DNA of 64,000 nucleotides from an uncultured bacterium (GCA_964607485.1 CAZSKP010000010.1:67451-131450); one strand, 5' to 3'; counted from the stretch's first letter, positions 10,323 through 20,242 are shown. Made by a program: numbers and translations. The notes: generated from the letters alone by a model not told the origin.

Positions 10323-10351
10323 TTGCCGCTGTTTTGGCAAGATTATATCAT
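10323..10351 (+). promoter_or_regulatory. Second candidate promoter for the FmdE gene, overlapping a TTGCC-N8-GGCAA inverted repeat
   Basis: TTGCCG (10323-28), N17, TATCAT (10346-51). The palindrome ttgcc-gctgtttt-ggcaa spans 10323-10340. Confidence 0.45.
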
Positions 10352-10387
10352 GTATCAGAACGGAGCGCCGAGGAGGTGCTTGCAACA

Positions 10388-11020
10388 ATGAATGCGGAGA
10401 AAACGCTTCCCGATTTTGACGAGACTGCCCGGTTTCACGGCCATGTGTGCCCCGGGCTTGCCATCGGGTACAGGGTGGCCACCACGGCCATGGACCTGCT
10501 GGGGGTTGACCGACCGCGCGACGAGGAGCTGGTGGCTGTCGTCGAGAACGATACCTGCGCCGTCGATGCGGTACAGGTGGTCACCGCCTGCACCTTCGGC
10601 AAGGGGAACCTCGTGTTCAAGGATTATGGCAAGGGCGGGTTCAGCTTCTTCTCGAGGGAGCGAGGGAAGGGATTGCGGATCAGCTACCGGGGATTTCCAT
10701 CCTTGCCCGATGCTGACGCGCCAAGGATGCAACAACTCAGGGAAAAGGTTCATTCCGAGGGTTCGGCCACCGAAGCCGAGCGGCGGGAGTACGCAGGATT
10801 GCGCGAAAAGTTGATTAAGCACATCCTGTCCTGCGAGGCCGAAGACCTTCTGCGCTGGCAGTGGCTCGAGGAGGAGCCGCCCCACCCCGCGCGAATACGC
10901 CCGAGCATCGTGTGCGACGACTGCGGCGAACAGGTCATGGAAACGCGGATACGACGGGTCGGCGGAAGGAGCCTCTGCATTCCCTGTGCGGAACGGACGG
11001 ATTGGCCCCAGGGAGGCTAG
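10388..11020 (+). CDS. FmdE-family protein with C-terminal zinc finger
   Basis: FHGHVCPGLAIG, ENDTCAVDAVQ, CTFGKGNL and a C-terminal CDDC...CIPC. SD AGGAGG precedes ATG 10388. Confidence 0.88.
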   Translation: MNAEKTLPDFDETARFHGHVCPGLAIGYRVATTAMDLLGVDRPRDEELVAVVENDTCAVDAVQVVTACTFGKGNLVFKDYGKGGFSFFSRERGKGLRISYRGFPSLPDADAPRMQQLREKVHSEGSATEAERREYAGLREKLIKHILSCEAEDLLRWQWLEEEPPHPARIRPSIVCDDCGEQVMETRIRRVGGRSLCIPCAERTDWPQGG

Positions 11021-11134
11021 GCCTTCCCTTTCATGGCGAAGACGGGCCGCGACATGATTGCGCCGCTTGCCTTACAGCCCCACTTCTGCTAACCTTCTCT
11101 GGACTGCGAAGACGGAATCTCGGAAAGAAGCCGC

Positions 11135-13846
11135 ATGCGCGCGAAATTCTTCGGATGGCTGGCGCGACTGTTATGTCGGATGCCGGGGACGATAGTGCTT
11201 CTGGGCATCGGGCTGGCCGGGGCAGGCGTGAGTCTGGCCCTGAATCTGCAGATGCACACAAGCCGGGTGGACCTGCTCTCGCCTCACAATCCCCAGATTC
11301 GAAACTACAACAGCTTCACGCGCGAGTTCGGCACGGCGAACAACGTGTATTTCATCCTCGAGAGTCCATCGCTTGCCGAATCGAAACGCTCCGCCGACGC
11401 GCTGGCGGCGGAGATATCCAAGCATCCGTCCCTCATCCGCGATGTCCTGTATCGGTTCGACGTAGAGGCCGTCAAGGGCAGCCTGCTGCTGCATCTTTCC
11501 CCCAAAGAGCTTCACCGCCTCGATGAATACCTCGACGAGGAATCCGACCTGCTAAAGAATTTGGCGGGGGCGGAGAATCTGAATGTCGCGTTCTCGACGA
11601 TGGCCGACCTGGCGGAGAAGCGGGCGAGAGAGGCCTTCAAGAACCCGGCCACTCCCCTCGAGCTGGCCGCTCTCGCGAGCCTGCTGGAATGGATGAATTC
11701 GTACATTTGGGAAGGAAACGACGGCGGAGTCGGATTCCTGTCCTCGCTCATTCCAGGCTCTCTGCCGCTCGGCATATCGGACGACCCGGAAGGCTATCTC
11801 GTGGGCGAGAACGGCAGGACGGTCATACTCCTCGCGCGGCCCAACGCGGAGAAGGAGGACACTATAGAGTTCCTGAAGCCGATGATGGCCTCTCTCGTGC
11901 AGGCGCGGGAGAAGGTCCTCAAGGAATTCCCGAAAGTCACGATAGGAATGACCGGGCTGCCGACGTTCGCGTATGGCGACCTCCGGGTCATGGAAGATGA
12001 GATACCGCTGCTCTCGCTTGTGGCGCTTGGTCTCGTGATAGCGCTTTTCTTCCTGTTCTTTCACCATCCCCTCGAAGTCGCATTTGCGACCGTGGCGATG
12101 CTCATAGCCGTCGCATGCACGCTCGGTACCACAAGGGTGCTCATAGGTCACTTAAACATCATGTCGTCGGTGTTTGCGATGACGATGGTGGGATTGGGCA
12201 TCGACTTCGGGGTCCACTTCATCGGCCGTTTTTACGATGAGAAATCGAACGGGGGAACCTTCGAGGAGGTAATGAAGCGGACGCTGGTCGGCTGTGGGCC
12301 GCCCATCTCGACGGGGGCGCTGACGACTGCGGCCGCTTTCTATCTGCTGTTCGCGACTGACTTCAGGGGACTGGCCGAGTTGGGCGTGATTGCAGGCACC
12401 GGCATATTGCTGAGCCTCATCTCGATGTTCACGATTCTTCCCTCGCTCATTTCGCTCCGGAACAAATGGGGTGGCTCGGCGGGCGGTTCAACGAGTTCGA
12501 CGACGCCCATCCTTGCCCGGACGCTCGGCCGTCTCGCCGCAGCGGTCGAGGCACATGCAGGCGTGATCATCGCGGTCGCAGTGGCCGCCACGCTCGTGAT
12601 GTGCTATTTCGCGCCGAGGGTTCGGTTCGATTACAATTTCCTCCACATCCAGCCCGTCACCTCGACGACCGCACAGTATGAAGGAATTTTGATGAGGCGC
12701 ACGGGACTTGCGCCCTCGTACGATGTGGTTGTGAAGGACGACCTGCAGTCTCTCGAAGAGACCTCCGACGAACTGGCAGCATTGCCCTCCGTGTCCCGCG
12801 TGGATTCGGCCAGCGGACTTGTTCCGCCCGACCAAGAACAGCGGATTCGCGCCGCGCGTGGGGTCGTCGAGCGAATCGCCGGGATAAGGGAAGAGGCGGG
12901 AAGCGCTCGCGAAGCGACCGATCTGACCAAGCTCGTCGAGCAATACAGGGAGATGCAGCGAGGGCTTGAGACCGCGTTGAAGGCGAAGGCCCTCGTGGGG
13001 AACAAGAGGGTCATTTCCGAAATCCGACGGTGTGCGCGCGCAGGTCGCAGATTTCTTGAAAAATACGACAATGCCGGGGCCGAAGCCCTCTCACCTCGGC
13101 TGGAGGCTTTTTCGACCAGCCTGTTCTCGTATATGGAAGAGCTGCTGGCGACTCTCGGCAGCAACCGCCAGCTTGAGAAGGTCTCCTTCGCCGATCTGCC
13201 CGAGAACATCAGGACTCGCTTCGTGGGGAGAACGGGCAAGTACGCGGCCTATGTGTTCCCGTCGCGGAGCGTCTGGAACAAAGCCTTCCTGGACAGGTTC
13301 AACGCCGACGTGACAACGATCGCTCCCGATGCGACCGGGTCCGCGCTGTTTGCCCAGACCATGCTGGACGTCGCCGGGCGAGCGCTCAGGCAGTGCAGCC
13401 TGCTGGTGTTCGGAGCGATAGTTGTCCTCATGTTCCTTGACTTCCGGAAGGCGACGCCGATGCTGCTCGCTCTGCTTTCGGTCGTGGTTGGCGTGATATG
13501 GATGCTGGGGATCATGGATCTCGTCGGCTGGCGGTACAATCCGATCAATATCATGGCCGTCCCACTGATGCTCGGCATCGGGATAGACAACGGCGTTCAC
13601 ATCGTCCACCGGTTTCGGGAGGGCGGCTGCGACGTTCGCAAGACGCTGGCGACCTCGGGCCGCGCTATTGCGGTGTCCTCGCTCACCACAATCGCGGGAT
13701 TCGCTTGCGTGTTGTTCTCGACCCATCGGGGCCTGATAAGCCTCGGCCAACTGATGGTGCTCGGCGTGGGAGCGTGCCTCATCGCCTCGCTCACGGTGCT
13801 CCCGGCGGTTCTGAAGAGTTTGAGCGAGGCGGGAATAAAGATCTGA
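11135..13846 (+). CDS. MMPL/RND-family transporter (HpnN-like lipid exporter)
   Basis: Two repeats of a large loop plus TM block, with GLGIDFGVH and GIGIDNGVH motifs, and an HpnN-like segment RFVGRTGKY. Confidence 0.85.
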   Translation: MRAKFFGWLARLLCRMPGTIVLLGIGLAGAGVSLALNLQMHTSRVDLLSPHNPQIRNYNSFTREFGTANNVYFILESPSLAESKRSADALAAEISKHPSLIRDVLYRFDVEAVKGSLLLHLSPKELHRLDEYLDEESDLLKNLAGAENLNVAFSTMADLAEKRAREAFKNPATPLELAALASLLEWMNSYIWEGNDGGVGFLSSLIPGSLPLGISDDPEGYLVGENGRTVILLARPNAEKEDTIEFLKPMMASLVQAREKVLKEFPKVTIGMTGLPTFAYGDLRVMEDEIPLLSLVALGLVIALFFLFFHHPLEVAFATVAMLIAVACTLGTTRVLIGHLNIMSSVFAMTMVGLGIDFGVHFIGRFYDEKSNGGTFEEVMKRTLVGCGPPISTGALTTAAAFYLLFATDFRGLAELGVIAGTGILLSLISMFTILPSLISLRNKWGGSAGGSTSSTTPILARTLGRLAAAVEAHAGVIIAVAVAATLVMCYFAPRVRFDYNFLHIQPVTSTTAQYEGILMRRTGLAPSYDVVVKDDLQSLEETSDELAALPSVSRVDSASGLVPPDQEQRIRAARGVVERIAGIREEAGSAREATDLTKLVEQYREMQRGLETALKAKALVGNKRVISEIRRCARAGRRFLEKYDNAGAEALSPRLEAFSTSLFSYMEELLATLGSNRQLEKVSFADLPENIRTRFVGRTGKYAAYVFPSRSVWNKAFLDRFNADVTTIAPDATGSALFAQTMLDVAGRALRQCSLLVFGAIVVLMFLDFRKATPMLLALLSVVVGVIWMLGIMDLVGWRYNPINIMAVPLMLGIGIDNGVHIVHRFREGGCDVRKTLATSGRAIAVSSLTTIAGFACVLFSTHRGLISLGQLMVLGVGACLIASLTVLPAVLKSLSEAGIKI

Positions 13847-13882
13847 CCGGCAGAATCCCCGCGTCTAACAGGAGGGTGTACG

Positions 13883-14341
13883 ATGGCTTTCGTCGGAAAC
13901 GTGCTGTGGTTCATCCTCGGAGGAGGATTCTTCGCGTGTCTCTTGTGGCTGCTGTGCGGCCTGCTCTTGTGCGCTACGGTGGTCGGGATACCGTTCGGCA
14001 TGGCAGCATTCCGGATTGCGGGGTTCGCCGCGTTCCCGTTCGGGAGGGAGCTGGTGGATGCCCGGCTGTTGGGGCAGAAGAGAATCACCGGGACGGGACT
14101 CGCCAATTTTCTGTGGATCGTACTGGCGGGAATCTGGCTCGCGATAAGTCACGTTCTCGCGGGCGTTTCGTGCTTCCTCGCGTTCTTTTTGGTTTTCCCG
14201 GTCTTCTTCGGTATCGCTCATTTCAAGCTGGCCGGGGTGTGCTTTGCGCCTTTGGGCCGGAAGCCCGTCAGCAAAGAGGTGGCCGAGGAGGCAAGGCGGA
14301 GAGCCGCGAGCGCGGAGCTTGACGGCAGGTTGACCAAATAG
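13883..14341 (+). CDS. YccF-domain inner membrane protein
   Basis: Duplicated (G/A)N-x-LW...G-x-P-x-G...F-x-P-x-G unit. SD AGGAGG is present. Confidence 0.85.
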   Translation: MAFVGNVLWFILGGGFFACLLWLLCGLLLCATVVGIPFGMAAFRIAGFAAFPFGRELVDARLLGQKRITGTGLANFLWIVLAGIWLAISHVLAGVSCFLAFFLVFPVFFGIAHFKLAGVCFAPLGRKPVSKEVAEEARRRAASAELDGRLTK

Positions 14342-14371
14342 CACCTCACAAAATTTGCGGAGCGCAACAAG

Positions 14372-15373
14372 ATGAAAATCACAATCGTTGGAGCGGGAGC
14401 CATCGGCGGCATTTGCGGCGCATATCTTACGAAGGCGGGAAGAGACGTAACGTTGGTGGAGCCGTACAGGGAACATCTCGAGCGGATAAGAAAGGGCGTC
14501 CGGATCCACGGCGTGCGCGGAGAAATGACCGTGCCTTTGAATGCCGTCTCGCCCGACGAGCTCAAGGGGCCGCTCGGAGTTGTGCTGCTGGCGGTCAAAT
14601 CTACGAAGACTGTCGAAGCCGTGGACAATACCAAGCCGCTCCTCGAGCCCGACACCACGATAGTCTCGCTTCAGAATGGAATCAACGTGGACACGATCGC
14701 GGCGAAAGTCGGTCCGCAGCGGGTCATTGGGTGTAGCATCGGATGGGGCGCCACATTTGTCGGTCCGGGCCATCTGAGCCAAGCCTCCGAGGGAGGATTC
14801 ATAATAGGCGAGTTGAGCGGCGAAATGACCGATCGTCTCGATCACATCAAGAGCATCCTCAACGACATCGCCGAGACGAAGACGACTGCGAAGATATACG
14901 GCCATCTTTGGAGCAAGCTGAGCATAAACTGCCTGATTGCCGGCTGCGCGGTCCTGGGCCTGACCGTCGGCGAGGCGCTCGCCCCCGAAAGGAACAAGCG
15001 ACTTTTCATCAGGCTCATCCGCGAAGTCATCGCCGCCGCGGAGGCCAACGGCGTGAGAATGGAGCTGATCGAAGGCGCTGTGGACCCATATGTCTTCCGG
15101 CGGGACGACGAAGAGGGCATGGCGCTGTGCTTCCAGATACTCGATTTCATGAGCGCCATTCACGGACGGATCAAACCGGGGCCTCTCCAGGACATGGAAA
15201 GGGGAGTCGAGCCGGAAGTGGAGTACGTCACGGGGTACTGTGTCAAGAAGGGCCGCGAGAAGAATGTGCCGACGCCGATAAACGCAAAGGTATATGAGCT
15301 TCTAAAGAAGATGGAAAAGGGTAAGGTAAAGCCGAGCCCGGAAAACATGGCAGAGCTCGAAGCCGCCGAATGA
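14372..15373 (+). CDS. Ketopantoate reductase (PanE/ApbA) family oxidoreductase
   Basis: GAGAIG Rossmann motif, AVKS, SLQNG, W-x-KL-x-x-N, and QD...E-x-E-Y-x-x-G. Confidence 0.85.
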   Translation: MKITIVGAGAIGGICGAYLTKAGRDVTLVEPYREHLERIRKGVRIHGVRGEMTVPLNAVSPDELKGPLGVVLLAVKSTKTVEAVDNTKPLLEPDTTIVSLQNGINVDTIAAKVGPQRVIGCSIGWGATFVGPGHLSQASEGGFIIGELSGEMTDRLDHIKSILNDIAETKTTAKIYGHLWSKLSINCLIAGCAVLGLTVGEALAPERNKRLFIRLIREVIAAAEANGVRMELIEGAVDPYVFRRDDEEGMALCFQILDFMSAIHGRIKPGPLQDMERGVEPEVEYVTGYCVKKGREKNVPTPINAKVYELLKKMEKGKVKPSPENMAELEAAE

Positions 15374-15394
15374 ACCGAGTGGGTCCCCTCGAAC

Positions 15395-15832
15395 TCAGTA
15401 CTTCCCCAGCAGCTTGCTGATCCATTTGTGGATGGAGTGGAAGGAGAAGCCGGGAATCAGATACATGACCGCGCAGGTTCCGTGACGCACGTTGAGTCCC
15501 TTCTCCCGAGCCAGCTCCAGCGCCTCGGGCGTCTCGCACCCCATGTGAATCCACACGTTTCGGATGCCCGCCTCCGCCGCCTTGGCCACCCAGTCGCGAG
15601 TCTCCTCCTTGAGCGTCTCGATGATCACTGCCTCCACCTTCTCGGGAAGCGATGCAAGGTCGGGATAGACCTTGTCGCCTTCGACGGTGTCAGCACCGGG
15701 GTCAACGGCAAACACCTCTTTCCCTAATTTCTTGAGCTCGCGGTATGTGATCTTCGGAAAGTCGCCTTTCGCCGAGTGGCCCACGACCGCGTAGCTGGGG
15801 CTGGTCCAGAAAAGTTCGTATTCAGACGGCAT
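15395..15832 (-). CDS. CoA-binding protein (YccU-like)
   Basis: AVVG-x-S, VDP, YPDLASLPEKV, VWIHMG and a C-terminal C motif. Confidence 0.8.
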   Translation of the reverse strand: MPSEYELFWTSPSYAVVGHSAKGDFPKITYRELKKLGKEVFAVDPGADTVEGDKVYPDLASLPEKVEAVIIETLKEETRDWVAKAAEAGIRNVWIHMGCETPEALELAREKGLNVRHGTCAVMYLIPGFSFHSIHKWISKLLGKY

Positions 15833-15921
15833 GGCAATGCCCCCATGTCGGCGCTTGGTCGCCCTCCCAATGCAGGAACGGAGCGGCTAACGCGCCAATG
15901 CACAAGAGCGAACCCGAAACC

Positions 15922-16335
15922 TTAATCGTGCACCGACCAATCGGGATTCTTGTCTGTCATCTCGATTCCGTCGTTGATGAGGAAATACGAATCCTCGCCC
16001 GTGAACTTCTGCGGAGGCAGCGCGCCGAGCAGGAGAAACGTGCAAGGCTCACCGGTGCGATTGCCGATGGCGCGTGGCACATCGGGTGCGACTCTCACCA
16101 TGTCGCCGGGCTTCATGGTGATCTCTTCGTCTCCGACCAACATGGTGCCTGAACCCTGCAGGCAGATGAAAACCTCTTCCTGTTCCTTATGCGCATGGAA
16201 AAAGGGATAGCCCATGCCGGGCTCCATCCGCGAAAGCGACATGCCGACGGCAGTCAGGCTCAGGTCGTTCTTCAGCGGCCGAAGCAGGCTGCCTCTATCA
16301 AGGTCATAATGCTTGAACGTATAACCAGCCATCAT
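15922..16335 (-). CDS. Cupin-domain protein
   Basis: H-x-H-x-x-x-EE-x-F-x-x-x-x-G and KPGD motifs. Confidence 0.85.
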   Translation of the reverse strand: MMAGYTFKHYDLDRGSLLRPLKNDLSLTAVGMSLSRMEPGMGYPFFHAHKEQEEVFICLQGSGTMLVGDEEITMKPGDMVRVAPDVPRAIGNRTGEPCTFLLLGALPPQKFTGEDSYFLINDGIEMTDKNPDWSVHD

Positions 16336-16362
16336 CGTTCTCCTTTCGGTAAGAGCTTCCGC

Positions 16363-16415
16363 TCACCTGCGAAAGCGGGAATCCATAGACTCCCTGGTCG
16401 AGCGAGGGAATGACA
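16363..16415. repeat. Degenerate REP-like double-hairpin palindromic element
   Basis: cctgcgaaagcgggaatcca...gactccctggtcgagcgagggaatgaca. It resembles the GTCATTCCCGCGAAAGCGGGAATCC...GGGAATGAC intergenic repeat type. Confidence 0.5.
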
Positions 16416-16432
16416 CACCCGCCGGGCGCGAG

Positions 16433-17350
16433 TCACGGATTTCTCTTCAGAAAATCTCCTATGATTTCGCATATTTCCTCCGGCGCGTCCTCCTGCAGAA
16501 AATGGCCTGCGCGGGGGATCATGTGGACCTCGCCGTGCGGATAGATTCCCTGCCAGAGAGGGAGAATCGCATCGGCCGGAAACACGTGGTCGTTCTCTCC
16601 CCAGATGAAGCAGGTGGGCACGTTTATCGTGCTCAGCTTTTCCTGAATCGCCTTCATCGTCGGATACGATGGCGCGTCCGCTGTAAGCGGGACATCCTGT
16701 ATCGCCATCGTCGGCACACGCGAGTTGTAGTCGGGGAACGGCGCCCTGTAGGCGTCCATCAACTGCGGAGTTATCTTCTCCTTGCGCACTATGGCCAGCG
16801 GCAGGAATCCCTCGATAAACACGTTGTAAGCAAGCAGCATCGTCTCGCCGATCTCAGGCTTACGGCACATCGCAAGCAGCGGCGGCAGGACCTCCTCGGG
16901 CACGTCCTCGGGGAATACGAAGGCCCACGTGCTCATGATGACGAGTCGCTTGATGCGGTCCGGATGCTCGACCGCATAGCCCAGCCCCATACCGCCGCCC
17001 CAGTCCTGCATCACGAGCGTGATGTCGTTCAGGTCGAGCTGGTCCATCACGCCGGTGAAATACTCTATCTTCTTCTTCAGGGGGTACTCGCCGCGGTCGA
17101 TCGATTTCTCCGATTTGCCATAGCCCATGTGGTCGGGCACGACGCAGCGGTAGCCGGCCCCCACCAACGGCGGCACGAAATTGCGGTAGAGGTAGGACCA
17201 TGTGGGATTGCCGTGAAGCATCACGACGGGCTCCGCATCGGGCTTACCCTTCGGCCTTTCGTCCACGTAATGGAGCCGCAGTCCGTTCACCGTGACATAA
17301 TGCGGCTTGAACGGATACGTCCCTCCAAACGTCTCGTTCTGAATGTCCAT
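16433..17350 (-). CDS. Haloalkane-dehalogenase-family alpha/beta hydrolase
   Basis: HGNPTWSYLYR, nucleophile QDWGG, GEND and GHFLQED. Start MDIQ follows SD GAGGAGG. Confidence 0.85.
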   Translation of the reverse strand: MDIQNETFGGTYPFKPHYVTVNGLRLHYVDERPKGKPDAEPVVMLHGNPTWSYLYRNFVPPLVGAGYRCVVPDHMGYGKSEKSIDRGEYPLKKKIEYFTGVMDQLDLNDITLVMQDWGGGMGLGYAVEHPDRIKRLVIMSTWAFVFPEDVPEEVLPPLLAMCRKPEIGETMLLAYNVFIEGFLPLAIVRKEKITPQLMDAYRAPFPDYNSRVPTMAIQDVPLTADAPSYPTMKAIQEKLSTINVPTCFIWGENDHVFPADAILPLWQGIYPHGEVHMIPRAGHFLQEDAPEEICEIIGDFLKRNP

Positions 17351-17455
17351 TTTTTTCCTCCTCATTGAGCGTTTTGGAGAGGTACAGGCAACGGGCAGAT
17401 TATAATCCGTGGAGGCCGCCAATTGCAAAACGTTTCTTGAAGAACGATCTCAGCG

Positions 17456-17977
17456 CTATTTCCCGAGCAGGTCGAGGAGTTGGCACCGCTTCTCCTCCGA
17501 CCCTTTTTCCAAAAGGGGCGGGCAATCGTCGGGGACGGCCTCGCCGCTTGCAATGGCGGCGGCGAATGCCATGCAAGTTGACCGGCCGCACTCAGCGCAG
17601 TTGGTCCTCGGAAGCAGCTTGAAAATATCCAGCGGCTTCAATTCCGAGAGGCTGCGGTAGGATGGCTCAATCTCCGCTTTTCTCGCAGCAACGGAGTTGA
17701 TTGTCTCCCGAATTTCTTCGAACACTTCCCTCGCCTCGTCCTCGTCGCGAAACGCGGTGGCGAAGATTTTTTTCGGATACACCGCGATGACCTTGTCGTT
17801 CCTTCGGAACCGCAGAAACGGGACGTCCGCTTCGTAAACGCACGGTCCCACCTCGGCGTTCAGGTACGGAAGCAGCTCGGTCAGGTCGTCGTCGAATTCG
17901 ATTGTCGCCGTTACCACGACGGCCGTGGGAAGGCACTCCGGCGGGGCCACCGCAATTGTGTACTCTTCAAGCAGCAT
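17456..17977 (-). CDS. Putative (Fe-S)-binding protein
   Basis: C-terminal LLPRTNCAECGRSTCMAFA...CPPL (C-x2-C-x4-C-x16-C FeS domain) and N-terminal LLPYLNA. Confidence 0.8.
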   Translation of the reverse strand: MLLEEYTIAVAPPECLPTAVVVTATIEFDDDLTELLPYLNAEVGPCVYEADVPFLRFRRNDKVIAVYPKKIFATAFRDEDEAREVFEEIRETINSVAARKAEIEPSYRSLSELKPLDIFKLLPRTNCAECGRSTCMAFAAAIASGEAVPDDCPPLLEKGSEEKRCQLLDLLGK

Positions 17978-17998
17978 ATCGTTCTCTCCTCATGCGTC

Positions 17999-18232
17999 CT
18001 ATTTCTGGAACCACTTTTCAATGTCCGATCCTTTGGGGACTTTGCCCTCGATTTTCTTTTCGCCGTCGATGAAAACGGCGGGTGTCAGCATGACGCCGCG
18101 GTTGACCATCGAGTCGATGTCGGTCACGTGCTCGATGTCAGCGTCGATGCCGAGTCGTCGGACCGCATTCTCCACCTCTTCCGAGGTTTTTCGACACTTG
18201 GCGCATCCGGGCCCGAATATCTCTATTTTCAT
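17999..18232 (-). CDS. Small redox-active disulfide protein (thioredoxin-like, MTH895 type)
   Basis: GPGCAKC, GVMLTPA-x-x-IDG and GKVP motifs. Confidence 0.9.
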   Translation of the reverse strand: MKIEIFGPGCAKCRKTSEEVENAVRRLGIDADIEHVTDIDSMVNRGVMLTPAVFIDGEKKIEGKVPKGSDIEKWFQK

Positions 18233-18248
18233 TACTTCCTTCCCTCCT

Positions 18249-19043
18249 TCATCCAGCCATTAGCGTCCGCGCCACCATCACCGCAGCGATGGCGAGCAGG
18301 AACCAGCCGAATACTCTTTTCAGTTTTTCCTCGTCCAGCTGAACGGCCAGTCGGCTGCCTATCTGCCCGCCCGCAAACACGGCGACGGCAAGTATCAACG
18401 AGGCGCGCCAGTCCCAGTGTCCGCTGACGACGTGGCCCGCGAATCCGCCTGCCGCCGTCACGCCGACCATGAATGCGCTCGAACCCACCGCGATATCCAT
18501 CGGGATGCCGAACAGCAATACCATCATGGGCACCTTTAGGATGCCGCCGCCCACGCCGATCATTCCGCTGACCAGCCCGGCGGCGAACGATAGCGGGAGC
18601 GCCAGAGCCATGTTCACGCAATACGGCTGCCCGCCTACCGTGCGCCGCCACGAAAAGAAGTCGCTTCGGTCCTCGGCGCAGCGATGCGCCGTGTTGAACT
18701 CGCGCACCATGAAGACCGCTGCGAGCACAATCACCGCCGCGAGCAGGAAGGACAGAAACGTGCCGCTGAAACGTCCCGACCACAGCCCGCCGATGAACCC
18801 GCCGGTAGTGGTGGCCGTCTCCAGCGCTATCGCCAGCGACCAGTCGATCTTGTGGGCCTTGCGATACACCAGCGACGACGAGAGCGACATGACCATGATC
18901 AGGAACAGCGATGTCGCTGCGGCCGTGTGAAAGTCGATGCCGAACAGCACCTGCACGGGAGTGTACACGACACCACCGCCCTGGCCGAGCATCGAAAGCA
19001 CGATCGCAACGATGAACAGTATGATACCTAATGCGATTAACAT
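18249..19043 (-). CDS. Sulfite exporter TauE/SafE-family membrane protein
   Basis: Duplicated G-x-GGG-x-x-x-x-P motifs and A-x-x-TS / AVGSS. Start set at MLIALG; the longer ORF overlaps the permease. Confidence 0.85.
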   Translation of the reverse strand: MLIALGIILFIVAIVLSMLGQGGGVVYTPVQVLFGIDFHTAAATSLFLIMVMSLSSSLVYRKAHKIDWSLAIALETATTTGGFIGGLWSGRFSGTFLSFLLAAVIVLAAVFMVREFNTAHRCAEDRSDFFSWRRTVGGQPYCVNMALALPLSFAAGLVSGMIGVGGGILKVPMMVLLFGIPMDIAVGSSAFMVGVTAAGGFAGHVVSGHWDWRASLILAVAVFAGGQIGSRLAVQLDEEKLKRVFGWFLLAIAAVMVARTLMAG

Positions 19044-19072
19044 CACACGCCACACTTCCAACGGTGTCCTCT

Positions 19073-20242
19073 TTATGCCATGATGATACCATAAATCATT
19101 CCGCTGATGGTTGCCATAATGACGACAAGCAGGCAATAGACGATTGTTTTCCGTGTTCCTATCACGCTTCGGATCACTATCATGTTGGGCAGGCTCAGGG
19201 CCGGGCCTGCCAGGAGCAGCGCCAGCGCGGGGCCGTTTCCCATGCCGTTTCCCATCAGCCCCTGGAGAATGGGCACCTCCGTCAACGTGGCGAAATACAT
19301 GAACGCGCCCGCCACGGACGCGAACAGATTGGCCCAGAGCGAGTTGCCTCCCACCGCGCCGGCCACGTACCGCGCGGGAATCAGGCCGTTGTCGGAGCCC
19401 GGACGCCCCATCAGCATGCCCGCCGCGACGACCCCCGCAAACAACAGCGGCATGATCTGCTTGACGAAGCCCCAGGTCGAGTCCACCCATTCGGCCAGTT
19501 CCTCTTTTGTGAACCATCGCCAGAGCACGAACGCCAGAACAGCGAGGAGCACGCCGGTCAGAGGCCAATGAATTCGGTACACAGCGTCCCAGAAGCGCAC
19601 CGATTGTCCCGGCTTGCCCCACGCCGCAAACACGAGGATGAGCACCATCGTGCCGAAGTAAAGGATCGTCTGCCCGAGCGGGCGACCGTCATCCGCAGCC
19701 GCGACAAGGGCGCCGTTTGCCCTCTTTGCGCTTTCTTCCTTGTGGTATATGCCCGCCATGATGAGCCCGATTACAATCGAGAAAACGACCGCGCCGACGG
19801 CTCGCGCGAGCCCCAACTGCCAGCCGAGCACACGGGCGGTCAGAATGATGGCGAGGACGTTGATGGCGGGTCCGGAATAGAGGAAGGCGATGGCCGGTCC
19901 CAGGCCAGCGCCACGCTTGTGGATGCCCGCGAATAACGGAAGGATCGTGCACGAGCACACGGCGAGGATCGTCCCCGAAACGGAGGCGACGCCGTAGGCG
20001 AGCGCCTTTTTGGCGTTGGCGCCGAAATATTTCATCACGGCCGCCTGCGAGACGAAACAGGCGATTGCGCCTGCAATGAAGAAGGCGGGCACGAGACAGA
20101 ACAGAACATGTTTTTGGGCGTATTCCTTGGTCATATAGAGAGCTTCGAGGATGGAGCCCTGGAACCGGGCGCTCCCCACTGGCAGAAAATAGGCGAGGAC
20201 AAAGACTGCGAGAATAAGGATCAGTTTGGTACGTTCTTTCAT
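19073..20242 (-). CDS. ArsP/DUF318-family permease
   Basis: CLVPAFFIAG, LAVCSCTILP, FLYSGPAIN, MYFATLTEVP and GPALSLP motifs. Confidence 0.88.
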   Translation of the reverse strand: MKERTKLILILAVFVLAYFLPVGSARFQGSILEALYMTKEYAQKHVLFCLVPAFFIAGAIACFVSQAAVMKYFGANAKKALAYGVASVSGTILAVCSCTILPLFAGIHKRGAGLGPAIAFLYSGPAINVLAIILTARVLGWQLGLARAVGAVVFSIVIGLIMAGIYHKEESAKRANGALVAAADDGRPLGQTILYFGTMVLILVFAAWGKPGQSVRFWDAVYRIHWPLTGVLLAVLAFVLWRWFTKEELAEWVDSTWGFVKQIMPLLFAGVVAAGMLMGRPGSDNGLIPARYVAGAVGGNSLWANLFASVAGAFMYFATLTEVPILQGLMGNGMGNGPALALLLAGPALSLPNMIVIRSVIGTRKTIVYCLLVVIMATISGMIYGIIMA

